A stretch of 37,971 nt of DNA, taken from assembly GCA_019894815.1 (NCBI GenBank), contig JAGXNU010000002.1, positions 1-37,971 on the forward strand, read 5' to 3'. This DNA comes from Promethearchaeota archaeon (GTDB taxonomy: Archaea > Asgardarchaeota > Lokiarchaeia > Sigyniarchaeales > SOKP01). The stretch's first letter is position 1. The number at the start of each line of letters is the position of its first letter. Both the position numbers and the translations under genes were made by a program. Below the pieces are notes generated by a model. The model was not told where the DNA came from. It made no database searches and was given only the letters and a program-made list of their open reading frames with translations. This document shows positions 1 to 9,262 of the stretch, in pieces.

Positions 1-476
1 GAGACGATGTCGCTCATGGAGAATGCGGAGATGAGGCTTTGGATTGGTGTGGCAGACAATTCGATAAAAATTTAGAGAATAGAGTATTAGCACTTCATCA
101 TCATTTAATTCCGGTTCCATTATCTGGTCAAAAATTCACAACTGTGAGAGACGCAGGGGAATTGCTCGAATTTACTCAATTATTTGAAATAGATTTAGTT
201 TTAATGGGTCATAGGCATGTTCCGCACGTTTATGTAATTGGTCCAACGACTTTTCTTTATTGTGGTACTTCCACTTCCAATAAAGTCCGAGCTGATGATA
301 GTCCTAGTTTTAACCATATTATATTGAATGAAGGCGATATAGAAGTTAATATCGTAAATTCTACAAATCTCGAAAGCACTCTACTTCTGGAACGAAAATT
401 AAGTCGAACTAAATTTGTCAGACCGCGTCGAACGCGTATCGAACACTTATTAAGTTCTTCCGTGTGGGATGATTAA
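1..476 (+). CDS. Metallophosphoesterase (calcineurin-like), C-terminal part; 5' end lies outside the window
   Basis: The frame of ORF 39..476 stays open back to nt 3 (DDVAHGECGDEAL...). The listed start is a TTG. GHxH phosphoesterase motif in LVLMGHRHVPH. Confidence 0.6.
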   Translation, partial: DDVAHGECGDEALDWCGRQFDKNLENRVLALHHHLIPVPLSGQKFTTVRDAGELLEFTQLFEIDLVLMGHRHVPHVYVIGPTTFLYCGTSTSNKVRADDSPSFNHIILNEGDIEVNIVNSTNLESTLLLERKLSRTKFVRPRRTRIEHLLSSSVWDD

Positions 477-478
477 TC

Positions 479-892
479 ATGCCAAAACCCGTAACTCCAT
501 TACTAGCAGTTGACGCTGTTATATTGTTTCAGCAGAATTCAATTGTTTTAATTCGTAGAAAAAATCCCCCTTTTAAGGGTGAACTTGCTTTACCAGGGGG
601 TTTTGTAGATATAGGTGAAACAGTAGAACAAGCATGTATAAGAGAAACTTATGAAGAAACAAACATAAACGTGAAAATTCTTAATTTAATTGGTGTTTTT
701 TCAGATCCTAAAAGAGATCCAAGAGGGCATAATATTTCTATTGCTTTTTTATGTGCTCCCGTCTCAGAAAATGAGGTTCCAAGAGCAAAAGATGATGCTG
801 CATCACTCGAAATAGTGTCACTTGATAATCTAATAGATCTAAAATTAGCATTTGATCATTTGGATATAATTAAAGCTTCTGGTATATTATAA
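479..892 (+). CDS. NUDIX hydrolase
   Basis: Canonical Nudix box GX5EX7REUXEEXGU in LPGGFVDIGETVEQACIRETYEETNI. Size 137 aa. Confidence 0.85.
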   Translation: MPKPVTPLLAVDAVILFQQNSIVLIRRKNPPFKGELALPGGFVDIGETVEQACIRETYEETNINVKILNLIGVFSDPKRDPRGHNISIAFLCAPVSENEVPRAKDDAASLEIVSLDNLIDLKLAFDHLDIIKASGIL

Positions 893-909
893 AATTCCAT
901 GTTATTAAT

Positions 910-1743
910 TTATTCGATCTCAAATATTTGAGAAAAACATTTACAACAAGGAATACCAAATTTAACATTTTTATATTGAGGAACTTCATAATTGGTGATT
1001 TCTTCTAAGAGATTTAATAATTGGTCTTTAATTTTTATGGAATCTACATTTTTACTAAAAAAAATAGTTTTTAGAGCGTTATAATGTAATTTTGATTTGC
1101 ATATAGGGCAAATTGAGAATACATCAAGAAAATTTTTAAATTCCTCATCTTCCAATTCTCTAGGGATAATTGAAAAATTGGAGAGATCATAATTGGGATC
1201 GAGTTTCTGCACAATGTATCTAAAAATTTCTTTCTTTGTATCATTTTCTTCATAAATTGAACTGAAAAATATAGTGTCTAAGTTCTTTTCTTGGATTAAA
1301 TCTAAAATTTCTTGATCTTGTACTTCACGATTCTCTAAATCTTTTTTAGTACCAATCAATATTATCGGAATATTACCAGATCCCTCTCTTAGTAAATTTA
1401 TCCAATAATTTAATGCAATGAAAGAATTTCTATCTGATAAATCAAAACAGAGTAAACCTGCATATGCGCCTCGGCAAAAATCTTTAAACATGAAATGAAA
1501 GCGTGGGCGATCCTTTAAATCCCATAATAAAAATTTGTAGATATCATTCTCATTTGCATAGCATTCTACTAATCTAAATGCGATGCCGATATTATCATTG
1601 TTTCCATAAATGAAATTATTATTGATTCCATTAATGAATGAGCTTTTACCAGAACCAGAACTGCCGAGTAGCATTAATTTTAATTTGTACGATTTGAGCA
1701 TTTCAATTAATCCCACATTTAAATTATGTGCATTTGGCACCAT
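910..1743 (-). CDS. Ras-superfamily small GTPase with C-terminal Cys4 zinc-ribbon-like tail
   Basis: P-loop LGSSGSGKSS and NKxD-like GTKKDL. Degenerate G3 (WDLKD). C-terminal CPICKSK...CCKC. Confidence 0.7.
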   Translation of the reverse strand: MVPNAHNLNVGLIEMLKSYKLKLMLLGSSGSGKSSFINGINNNFIYGNNDNIGIAFRLVECYANENDIYKFLLWDLKDRPRFHFMFKDFCRGAYAGLLCFDLSDRNSFIALNYWINLLREGSGNIPIILIGTKKDLENREVQDQEILDLIQEKNLDTIFFSSIYEENDTKKEIFRYIVQKLDPNYDLSNFSIIPRELEDEEFKNFLDVFSICPICKSKLHYNALKTIFFSKNVDSIKIKDQLLNLLEEITNYEVPQYKNVKFGIPCCKCFSQIFEIE

Positions 1744-1773
1744 TGGTATTAAGACAATTCACTCTAAAAAAGT

Positions 1774-2172
1774 TTATGGTGATTTAATTTCAAATAAATT
1801 ACCAAAATCATCTTTAATAAATAAGAAATAATTATCACTACCTTCCCGGGGTACTTTAATTACCTTATAACCCTTTTTTCTTGCGTTATCAACTAATTTA
1901 TCTCGATCTTCCACAATTATGCAAGTATGGGTGAACTTATCAGATGATTTATCATTCTCATTGATGATAAAAACCTCTATACTCACGGATTCATTAGAAT
2001 ATCGAATAATTTGCTGATCTTTATTCACACCGAAAAATTGGTTAATTAAATCTTTAGAAACGATAAAAGATTTGATTTTTTGGAGTTTGAGTAAATCCAT
2101 ATAAAAATTATCACTATTCACTTCTGAATTGGATGCTACAGCAACATGTTCAATTTTCATATTATTCATCAC
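1774..2172 (-). CDS. VOC / glyoxalase-bleomycin-resistance family protein
   Basis: IEHVAV...FYMDLL at the N-terminus, HTCIIV in the middle and DDFGNLFEI at the C-terminus fit the paired beta-alpha-beta-beta-beta VOC pattern. 132 aa. Confidence 0.6.
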   Translation of the reverse strand: MMNNMKIEHVAVASNSEVNSDNFYMDLLKLQKIKSFIVSKDLINQFFGVNKDQQIIRYSNESVSIEVFIINENDKSSDKFTHTCIIVEDRDKLVDNARKKGYKVIKVPREGSDNYFLFIKDDFGNLFEIKSP

Positions 2173-2280
2173 AATTTGGCTTCAATCAATATAATATAAG
2201 AATGAAAATTTAATAAATTTTGAAGGTTAATTTATATTATTCTATCATATAATTGTGATTTTAGGTTAAGGTAAAACTGA

Positions 2281-3144
2281 ATGACTGATGTAAAAGAAGA
2301 CCAATTTTTAGAAAAACTATATGATGTTATATACAAGCTTTCTATCATCTCAAAAACTCAATCTTATCGTTTTAAAAAAGAATGGGATCTTATTTTTACT
2401 CAATTCAACGCAAATCCGCACCTTATTCGTGCAATTAACGTTGAAAAAGATAAGTTTCTGGAAGATAATAAATATAGAATCCGTGTATTAAATACCGTTA
2501 AATTAGCTTTTGAGGACTGCTTCCATTCCATTAAAACTTTAATAGAAACACTCTATAATCATTTTTTCAACGACTCTGATTTATTAAAAGAGAGTTTTTC
2601 AGAACAAGATCAATTGATTCTTAAATATTTTGTAGCTTTCAAATTGTTGGGAGATCTCGTGCAATATAATATGATGGATCATGAAACAGTTCCATTAAAA
2701 TACAATATATTAGCTAGAAATTACTTGATGATTAAACTAAAGGGGTTAAAAGATACGGAAATAAAGGATAACATGAAAAAGATTCGAATCAACTTAAACA
2801 TCACTGATATAAAGAAATATCTAAACCAAATCGAAAAAGATGGATTTATTAAGAAACAAAAGAAGGGAAAATCTAATATCTATAAAATCCTGAAAGAATT
2901 AAATTTAAGCGTGGAAGGACAAGAAAAGTACAACTTGCTTCTTCGTCCTTTGATTGATTGGCCGACGGGAATTTGGAGGAGCTTTTTTAACGTTCGAGAA
3001 TTAAACGTGACTGTTAGTAATCATGATGGTGAAAAAATCGAATTTTTAAATAATATTTTAGAGACAGCAGCAACACAAGGATATGTTGCATCTCATTACG
3101 TGTTCAAGAATCTGATAAAATTTTACAAGGAAATTAAAGAATAA
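2281..3144 (+). CDS. Hypothetical protein with probable winged-helix segment
   Basis: Long ORF with no competing frame. IKKYLNQIEKDGFIKKQKKGKSNIYKILK resembles a wHTH recognition helix plus wing. No catalytic motif seen. Confidence 0.5.
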   Translation: MTDVKEDQFLEKLYDVIYKLSIISKTQSYRFKKEWDLIFTQFNANPHLIRAINVEKDKFLEDNKYRIRVLNTVKLAFEDCFHSIKTLIETLYNHFFNDSDLLKESFSEQDQLILKYFVAFKLLGDLVQYNMMDHETVPLKYNILARNYLMIKLKGLKDTEIKDNMKKIRINLNITDIKKYLNQIEKDGFIKKQKKGKSNIYKILKELNLSVEGQEKYNLLLRPLIDWPTGIWRSFFNVRELNVTVSNHDGEKIEFLNNILETAATQGYVASHYVFKNLIKFYKEIKE

Positions 3145-3152
3145 TAAATTCA

Positions 3153-4061
3153 TCATTTGAAATCTTTAGTCTTCCTAATAGGGATATCATATTCATTTAA
3201 AATACTAATTAAATGTTGCTTTTCTTCTGAATTAGTTCCTTTCCAATCTATAACAAAATAATCAATCTTTTCAACCGTGTTTCCAATCATTTGATCAATT
3301 ATGGAATTATCTAAATCTTTTATGAAATATTTTGGACATATAAATGAAAAAGCTATCTTGTTTTCTCGCTCTAACCTGCTGAAATTTTGAGCATAATGAG
3401 TTCCTCCAAAACCTAAACCGATTTTATGATCTTTATTCTCAGTATATTGAAGAAATCTTAAAATGGCTTCGATTATGCTATTAGCAACAACCTCCGCCGC
3501 AAGAATATTAGTCCATTCCTCTTTACTACTTCCTAATTCTATAAATATTAGTGGTTTTTTTAAGATGCTTGGACCATGATGGGTTACTTCAACATCAATC
3601 GCAAACTCCTCTAAATTTACTTTTTGGGAATTAAAAATTAATGATAGAAATCCAGATTTACGAAGTAAAGCACTAGCAAACGATAATTCTCGGGGATTCC
3701 CCCCATATTCTGCTTCACGGCCCCAATTTCCAGTAGTATGAACTAATAATGCCGGTCGCGATGTTTTTGATCTATGTCGACTTGCCATAATTACATGATC
3801 GAAAGTAATTTCTGTTTCAGCCAACTTGAGATCATTTAAATGTATTAAAGAAGTATCAGTTAAGCCTAAGTATATTCTATTGCCTTCTATTTGAGAATTT
3901 CTTTCTTCTTGTTCATCGAATCCTGAAAATTCATAAATAATATTATTATGCCACATGGAGTCAATCTGGTGGAATTTATAATGAGAGGAAGTTAATAATC
4001 TCTCACGTATATTCATTGATGCTACATCTTCAGTACTACTAACAATTAGAAAATCAGGCAT
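3153..4061 (-). CDS. dtdA: D-aminoacyl-tRNA deacylase, archaeal DTD2 type
   Basis: The N-terminal LIVSSTEDVASMNI and central LVHTTGNWG..GGNP pattern match my memory of the archaeal DTD2 family. Length about 300 aa. Confidence 0.65.
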   Translation of the reverse strand: MPDFLIVSSTEDVASMNIRERLLTSSHYKFHQIDSMWHNNIIYEFSGFDEQEERNSQIEGNRIYLGLTDTSLIHLNDLKLAETEITFDHVIMASRHRSKTSRPALLVHTTGNWGREAEYGGNPRELSFASALLRKSGFLSLIFNSQKVNLEEFAIDVEVTHHGPSILKKPLIFIELGSSKEEWTNILAAEVVANSIIEAILRFLQYTENKDHKIGLGFGGTHYAQNFSRLERENKIAFSFICPKYFIKDLDNSIIDQMIGNTVEKIDYFVIDWKGTNSEEKQHLISILNEYDIPIRKTKDFK

Positions 4062-4175
4062 TATCTCAACTTTAGAATAGGTTACTAAAGAAAATTTGCT
4101 TGAGGTTTATAATTTTATGTTTCAAAATTTTAATTTTATAAACTTTTTAATATTCGGTATATTTATTGGATATTA

Positions 4176-5150
4176 ATGACTGATTTCTTGACAACAGTTA
4201 TAATTTCTATAGTATTGGCTGTTCTATTCTTCATATCTGAATTCTTCAATAAAAAACATCCACGTATTCATATCTCCTTTATCGGGGGAATTTCGGTAGC
4301 ATATTTTTTTTTGGTTGTTCTTCCTGAAATTTCAGAGAATTTTCCAGAAAATCCCTTTAATTCAGTAATTTTTGAGTATCTTTTTGTAGTATTAGGTTTT
4401 GTATTTGTTCACACTTCTGAGAAATTAATTTTACAAAAGGTAGAGTCTAAATCGCAAAGGAGAATGCGTAAATTAATTGAGAAAGAAAAAATATTAGAGG
4501 AAGTGAAAAGAAATATGGAACACGTGTTAACAAATCAAATTAATAATGAGGATTTAGATGAATTTGCCTTAAAAGATATTGCTCAAACTCTTAGTGAACT
4601 AAACGAAAAAGAATCTGAGTTTCAAAATGAAATCAATAAGTATAAATTGAAAATTCAAGTTCATATCAGCGAAGATTTAAGGAAGCTTAGATTTTTTACT
4701 AATTTTGCTTACCACCTACTAGTTGGAATCATTATCGTTGGAATTTTAAACGATAATTTAATCCCCAATCCTATCATTCCCGGCATCTTATTCTTCTTCT
4801 TTGCGTGGTTTAGAACAATAATTTCTCACCGATCAGAAGCTCACATTATCTTTAGCGATTTAGATATTTGTGAAATTAAGGAAGTCACACCAAAATTAGT
4901 AAAAAGGTACCTTATCTCTTGCGCAGTTCCAATAGGAGTATTAATTGGTTTACTATTTGAAGTTATTTATCCCATAGATTTGGAAATTCTATATGTTTTA
5001 TATTCATTCATCTCAGGTGTGATTATGTATACAATTTTTCGAGAAGTAATTCCCGAGAAAGAGAAAGGGAATCCAATCTACTTTCTCACTGGATTTCTGG
5101 GCTATACATTAATTATTATAATATTGAATATCTATTCGAGCGTTATTTAG
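4176..5150 (+). CDS. Integral membrane protein with central coiled-coil loop, function unknown
   Basis: Three N-terminal and about four C-terminal hydrophobic helices flank a charged helical segment of about 90 aa (KLIEKEKILEEVKRNMEH...). Confidence 0.55.
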   Translation: MTDFLTTVIISIVLAVLFFISEFFNKKHPRIHISFIGGISVAYFFLVVLPEISENFPENPFNSVIFEYLFVVLGFVFVHTSEKLILQKVESKSQRRMRKLIEKEKILEEVKRNMEHVLTNQINNEDLDEFALKDIAQTLSELNEKESEFQNEINKYKLKIQVHISEDLRKLRFFTNFAYHLLVGIIIVGILNDNLIPNPIIPGILFFFFAWFRTIISHRSEAHIIFSDLDICEIKEVTPKLVKRYLISCAVPIGVLIGLLFEVIYPIDLEILYVLYSFISGVIMYTIFREVIPEKEKGNPIYFLTGFLGYTLIIIILNIYSSVI

Positions 5151-5307
5151 GTTTAAATAATTAAAAAGAAGGTTTAACAAGAACAATTATTTATAATTTA
5201 GAAATTATTTAGTCATATTAAGTATTATTTTTAGTAAAAAACCTTATATTTTCTGTATTCTCTAAAGAGAGAATTTAAATTTCCATTTCTATTCTAGGTG
5301 TACGATA

Positions 5308-5880
5308 ATGATAAAAAAAACTTTCAAAGAGATTTTAAATATTGATGATGCCGATTATAAAATAATCGAGATGATAGAAAAAGATCCGTCAATTACACAT
5401 TCCAAAATCGCTGTTGAGATTGAAAAATCTCAACCAGCTGTCGGAGCGCGAATAATAAAGCTTGAACGCAAGCATCTCTTAACGAAACAAGTTGGGTTTA
5501 ATATAAAGGAAGTGGATATTAAAACTGCTATTGTTTTCATCTCCACAAAAGATGTAGAGGGCGTAGTTTCCAAGATCTCAAAATGTCCTTTTATCAATCA
5601 TGCTTTTAAGATATCAGGAGAATTCAATTTATTATGTTTTATTTCAGCAACCGATCTCCAAACAATCGAAAAATTAGTAGATTTATGCTTTAGAAAGGAT
5701 CCTAATGTCATTAACGTCAAAACCAATATTCTAATAGAATCCGTTCATGATTTCGTGGTGCCTATTGATTTCCAAATCGAAAAATTCGATTTTCACGCTA
5801 CAAATTGCGGTCCTGATTGTAACCAAAATGTGAACCTCCCAAAATATCAGTTTGCTAAAGTTGAGGAAGAGGAAGAGTAA
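5308..5880 (+). CDS. Lrp/AsnC-type HTH regulator with Cys-containing C-terminal extension
   Basis: DYKIIEMIEKDPSITHSKIAVEIEKSQPAVGARIIKLE is an AsnC-type HTH, followed by a RAM-like domain. Cys positions: KCPF...NCGPDC. Confidence 0.7.
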   Translation: MIKKTFKEILNIDDADYKIIEMIEKDPSITHSKIAVEIEKSQPAVGARIIKLERKHLLTKQVGFNIKEVDIKTAIVFISTKDVEGVVSKISKCPFINHAFKISGEFNLLCFISATDLQTIEKLVDLCFRKDPNVINVKTNILIESVHDFVVPIDFQIEKFDFHATNCGPDCNQNVNLPKYQFAKVEEEEE

Positions 5881-5940
5881 ATTTTTACAACAAGCCTTTG
5901 GACTTAGCAGGGATATCAAAGGACAGTTAGAAATTTAAAG

Positions 5941-5984
5941 TTAAAATTAATTCCGGGTTGAAATTGTAATATACCATCATTTTC
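5941..5984 (-). pseudogene. 44-nt relic copy of an internal segment of the neighbouring Lrp-like gene
   Basis: 39/44 nt identical to 6390..6433, including the exact run aattgtaatataccatc. On the minus strand it reads QENDGILQFQPGINF versus LEKDGILQFQPGINF in the gene. It is bounded by stop codons. Confidence 0.5.
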
Positions 5985-6034
5985 TTGAAACTAAAGATGT
6001 TCATCAACAATAAATATTGAATTTTATTACCGAT

Positions 6035-6577
6035 TTATAGTAATACTCCATTTTTCTTGATTTTTTGACGCATACACTTATCTCCGCAGCCATTTTCTAT
6101 CGTTGGGTCATGATCATCGGAGCTAAAATCGATAGGTAAAATAAAATCTTTTGCTATTTCAGTTACAATCTCCATGGAAACAGACTGGACCTCTGGGTTA
6201 GACCTGAAATGATAATTTATTATATTATCTATCTTTGATAGTTCTGAACTTGCCAAAAGTATGCAAATATTATGGACACCACTTAATTTAAATGCGTTTA
6301 GCATGAATGGGCAGCATTTAGCCATCTCAAATATTTCATTAGGATTCTTAGTGTTGATTTCTATCGTTGCCAAATGAATATTAACAAGCTTAAAGTTAAT
6401 TCCTGGCTGGAATTGTAATATACCATCTTTTTCCAACTTTTTAATGCGCATACCAACTGTCGGTTGACTCCTATTGATGTTTTCGGCAATTTGGGTATGA
6501 GTGAGATTAGGATTTTCTTGAACCAGCGTAATAATTTGTCGATCTATATTATCTAGCTTTAATTTTTCTGAGATCAT
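6035..6577 (-). CDS. Lrp/AsnC-type HTH regulator with Cys-containing C-terminal extension (paralog of 5308..5880)
   Basis: DRQIITLVQENPNLTHTQIAENINRSQPTVGMRIKKLE HTH. Cys positions: CCPF...GCGDKC. Convergent with its paralog. Confidence 0.7.
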   Translation of the reverse strand: MISEKLKLDNIDRQIITLVQENPNLTHTQIAENINRSQPTVGMRIKKLEKDGILQFQPGINFKLVNIHLATIEINTKNPNEIFEMAKCCPFMLNAFKLSGVHNICILLASSELSKIDNIINYHFRSNPEVQSVSMEIVTEIAKDFILPIDFSSDDHDPTIENGCGDKCMRQKIKKNGVLL

Positions 6578-6683
6578 AAAATTATCTCTATAAGTTAATT
6601 ATTCCTTAGAAATGAATAATTGCTCATCATTTATAAATAATCAAAAATAGAGGAAAAAATAATAATATTTTCAACATGCTGCA

Positions 6684-6944
6684 TTAATCGATAGTTATAG
6701 CTTCCAATTTACATGCGGTAGTACACATGTGGCACTTTACACACATATCTTCACGATCTTCCACGACCACGCATTTTGGTTCAGTATCTTTATCGATTAC
6801 TTCATATATCCCCCGAAAGCAAGCATTTTCGCAATCAAATGACTTGCACACCCTGCACTTGCTAGTGTCTATGTGATGGAACTTATAACTTTCGATTGGG
6901 TTTGGTTTTTCAGCGTCCCTCATCAAGTAATTCCTAATATTCAA
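6684..6944 (-). CDS. Small Cys-rich ferredoxin-like protein (probable di-cluster 4Fe-4S)
   Basis: CRVCKSFDCENAC and CVKCHMCTTAC motifs in 86 aa. Overlaps the stop of the upstream reductase by 11 nt. Confidence 0.7.
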   Translation of the reverse strand: MNIRNYLMRDAEKPNPIESYKFHHIDTSKCRVCKSFDCENACFRGIYEVIDKDTEPKCVVVEDREDMCVKCHMCTTACKLEAITID

Positions 6945-7878
6945 TTTTTACATTTTTTAAATAATCAAACGCAGAATATGCCGCGATAACACCCTCTGCA
7001 ACCCCAGTAATTGCTTGCTTAAAAGGAGCATCTGCAACATCTCCCGCAGCAAAAATTCCTGGCATATTGGTTTCCGACTTTCTATTAATGATGATTTCCC
7101 CTTTTTCATTTATTTTAGTTCCTATTCTTTGGGCAATCTCTGAATTAGGGATTGATCCGATCTCAATAAAGACGCCGTCAACCTCTAACTCTTTTCCATT
7201 ATCAAAAATCACGTGGTTAACTGTTGTTTTACCAACTATTTCAACCACGTTTGTGTTATTGATTATTTCTATTTTCTCATTTTCGTAAACCCTCTTCTTA
7301 TTTATGGGTTCCGCTCTTATTTCTTCTTTACGATAAATAATGTAGACCTTTTCCACATTTTGAGCCAAAAATAAAGCCTCTTTAGCAGCAGAATCACTTC
7401 CTCCAATAACACATACAACTTTATCTTTATAAAAGGGACCATCACAGGTAGCACAATAAGAAACTCCTTTACCCGCGAATTCGTTTTCTCCTGGAATTCC
7501 TAATTTGCGTCTTTCTGACCCCGTTGCGATACAAATCGACTTTGCCTTGAATTTTTGAAAAAATGAATGTAAAACAAAATAGTCTTCAACATTTTCAATG
7601 CTTCTAATCTCATCAGAAATGTAAGGAATGCTCAATGAGTTCATGTGGTCTTTGAACATTTCCATTAACCCTTGACCGCTTATTGAAGTGATTCCAGGAT
7701 AATTCTCGACAATATCCGTGGTAGCGATTAATCCTCCAAAAACTTTACCAACTATTAATACATCCATCGCGAAGCGAGCGGCATAAATTGCACATGCAAT
7801 GGCAGTAGGTCCACCACCCAATACTATTAGATCATATGTTTTCTCTAAATCTAAACTATCCATATCAATATTAAACAA
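6934..7878 (-). CDS. trxB: Thioredoxin-reductase-family flavoprotein; NADPH-binding signature not conserved
   Basis: FAD motif GGGPTAIACAIYAAR. Redox-active CATC. GD motif FAAGDV. The pyridine-nucleotide region reads GGSDSA...YRKEEIRA instead of GGGNSA...HRRxxxR. Confidence 0.85.
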   Translation of the reverse strand: MFNIDMDSLDLEKTYDLIVLGGGPTAIACAIYAARFAMDVLIVGKVFGGLIATTDIVENYPGITSISGQGLMEMFKDHMNSLSIPYISDEIRSIENVEDYFVLHSFFQKFKAKSICIATGSERRKLGIPGENEFAGKGVSYCATCDGPFYKDKVVCVIGGSDSAAKEALFLAQNVEKVYIIYRKEEIRAEPINKKRVYENEKIEIINNTNVVEIVGKTTVNHVIFDNGKELEVDGVFIEIGSIPNSEIAQRIGTKINEKGEIIINRKSETNMPGIFAAGDVADAPFKQAITGVAEGVIAAYSAFDYLKNVKIEY

Positions 7879-8509
7879 TTTTATCTCCTCCTATCAGTTC
7901 TTGTAGGACTTCCTCAGGTCCTACCATTCCTATAAATGATTTTTTATCATTTATTACAGTATAAGGGACGCTTGAAACGTCATAGGATTCAGCAATGTCC
8001 GAATGCGCCATGATATCAATGATAACTGATTGTATTTTGCCATTAGACGCGATTGCGAATTTATTAACGAACGTTATTATCTCTGGGCAATAAACACATG
8101 AATTGGTAATCATTACTTTGATTATTGATGGTTTTATCTTTTCAATATTTTCTTTGATGACCACTTCATAATAATTTTTGTCTCCTGAAAAAATGGTTAA
8201 AGTTTCAACGAAGGGTCGGATTTCAGCACCAAATGGTTTTGCTAAGTAGCGAATTATTTCTTTCACTTTATCATTGATGAATAAAATGGCAGGAAAGTGG
8301 TTGACTTCATAATTCTTAGAGACAACTGGATTAGAAACCTCTTTAATTGAAAGTAATTCGTTAGAACTTTCTTCATATATTTTAAGAATAGATCTTACAT
8401 TGTCATTATCCTCGATATTTCTACCCATAAATAGTGATAATTCCACTGGTTTTGTGAGCTTTACCATCTCGTCACGGATTAATTTATTAAAAACGTAAGC
8501 TATAGGCAT
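7871..8509 (-). CDS. Protein-disulfide oxidoreductase (PfPDO/glutaredoxin-like, two Trx folds), paralog 3
   Basis: C-terminal unit has CVYC. N-terminal unit has no CxxC. Collinear with the two upstream paralogs (..FPAILF.., ..VPYTVIND..). Confidence 0.75.
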   Translation of the reverse strand: MPIAYVFNKLIRDEMVKLTKPVELSLFMGRNIEDNDNVRSILKIYEESSNELLSIKEVSNPVVSKNYEVNHFPAILFINDKVKEIIRYLAKPFGAEIRPFVETLTIFSGDKNYYEVVIKENIEKIKPSIIKVMITNSCVYCPEIITFVNKFAIASNGKIQSVIIDIMAHSDIAESYDVSSVPYTVINDKKSFIGMVGPEEVLQELIGGDKIV

Positions 8510-8551
8510 TTTTTTTCTCTGATGTATAATATAATTTTAAAAATTTACTCT

Positions 8552-9262
8552 TTAATACTGAACGCGTATATTTCCTCCTAATAATTCTCGCATGATCTCA
8601 TTGGGTCCAACAATTCCAACCAATGCGTTCTGATCGTTGATTATTGTATATGGAACTCCCGATGCATCATAATATTGACCAATATCTGGGTTTGCATTAA
8701 TGTCAATAATTATTGTTCTTATTTTTCCTCCAGACGCTAATGCAAATTGATTACAGATCGTTGCTACTTGCGGACAATATGGACATGTATTTGATATTAT
8801 GACTTTAATTGTAGCAGGTTCAATTCGATTTAGATTTTGTTTAATTGCAGCCTCATAGTAATTTGGAGCCCCTGCAAAAGTAAATAGCGCTTGAATAAAT
8901 GGTTGGATCTCAGCACCTTGTGGTGCTGCTAAATATCGAATGAATTCAGTACCATGTTCATCCACAAATAAAATCGTTGGAACACGTTGAATGTCATACC
9001 GCTTTGCAAATTCGGGATTTTCATCAATAGATAATTCTTCAATCGTTAACATGCTATTTGAATTTTCTTCATATACTCGTAATAAAGACATGAATTGACC
9101 ACAATCCATGCAAGCCCTTATTTTGGTTCCATCAGGTCGAGCGCTTTGAGATGTAAAAACGGTTAACTTCACGGGTCTTTTTAATTTAGCCATTTCTTGT
9201 TTTATAATTTCTTTATATTTATCATCTTGAGACACTTTAATCCACCACTTTAATAATTTCAT
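8552..9262 (-). CDS. Protein-disulfide oxidoreductase (PfPDO-like), paralog 2
   Basis: N-terminal unit CMDC and C-terminal unit CPYC. Its start overlaps the upstream gene's stop (TAATG). Confidence 0.8.
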   Translation of the reverse strand: MKLLKWWIKVSQDDKYKEIIKQEMAKLKRPVKLTVFTSQSARPDGTKIRACMDCGQFMSLLRVYEENSNSMLTIEELSIDENPEFAKRYDIQRVPTILFVDEHGTEFIRYLAAPQGAEIQPFIQALFTFAGAPNYYEAAIKQNLNRIEPATIKVIISNTCPYCPQVATICNQFALASGGKIRTIIIDINANPDIGQYYDASGVPYTIINDQNALVGIVGPNEIMRELLGGNIRVQY

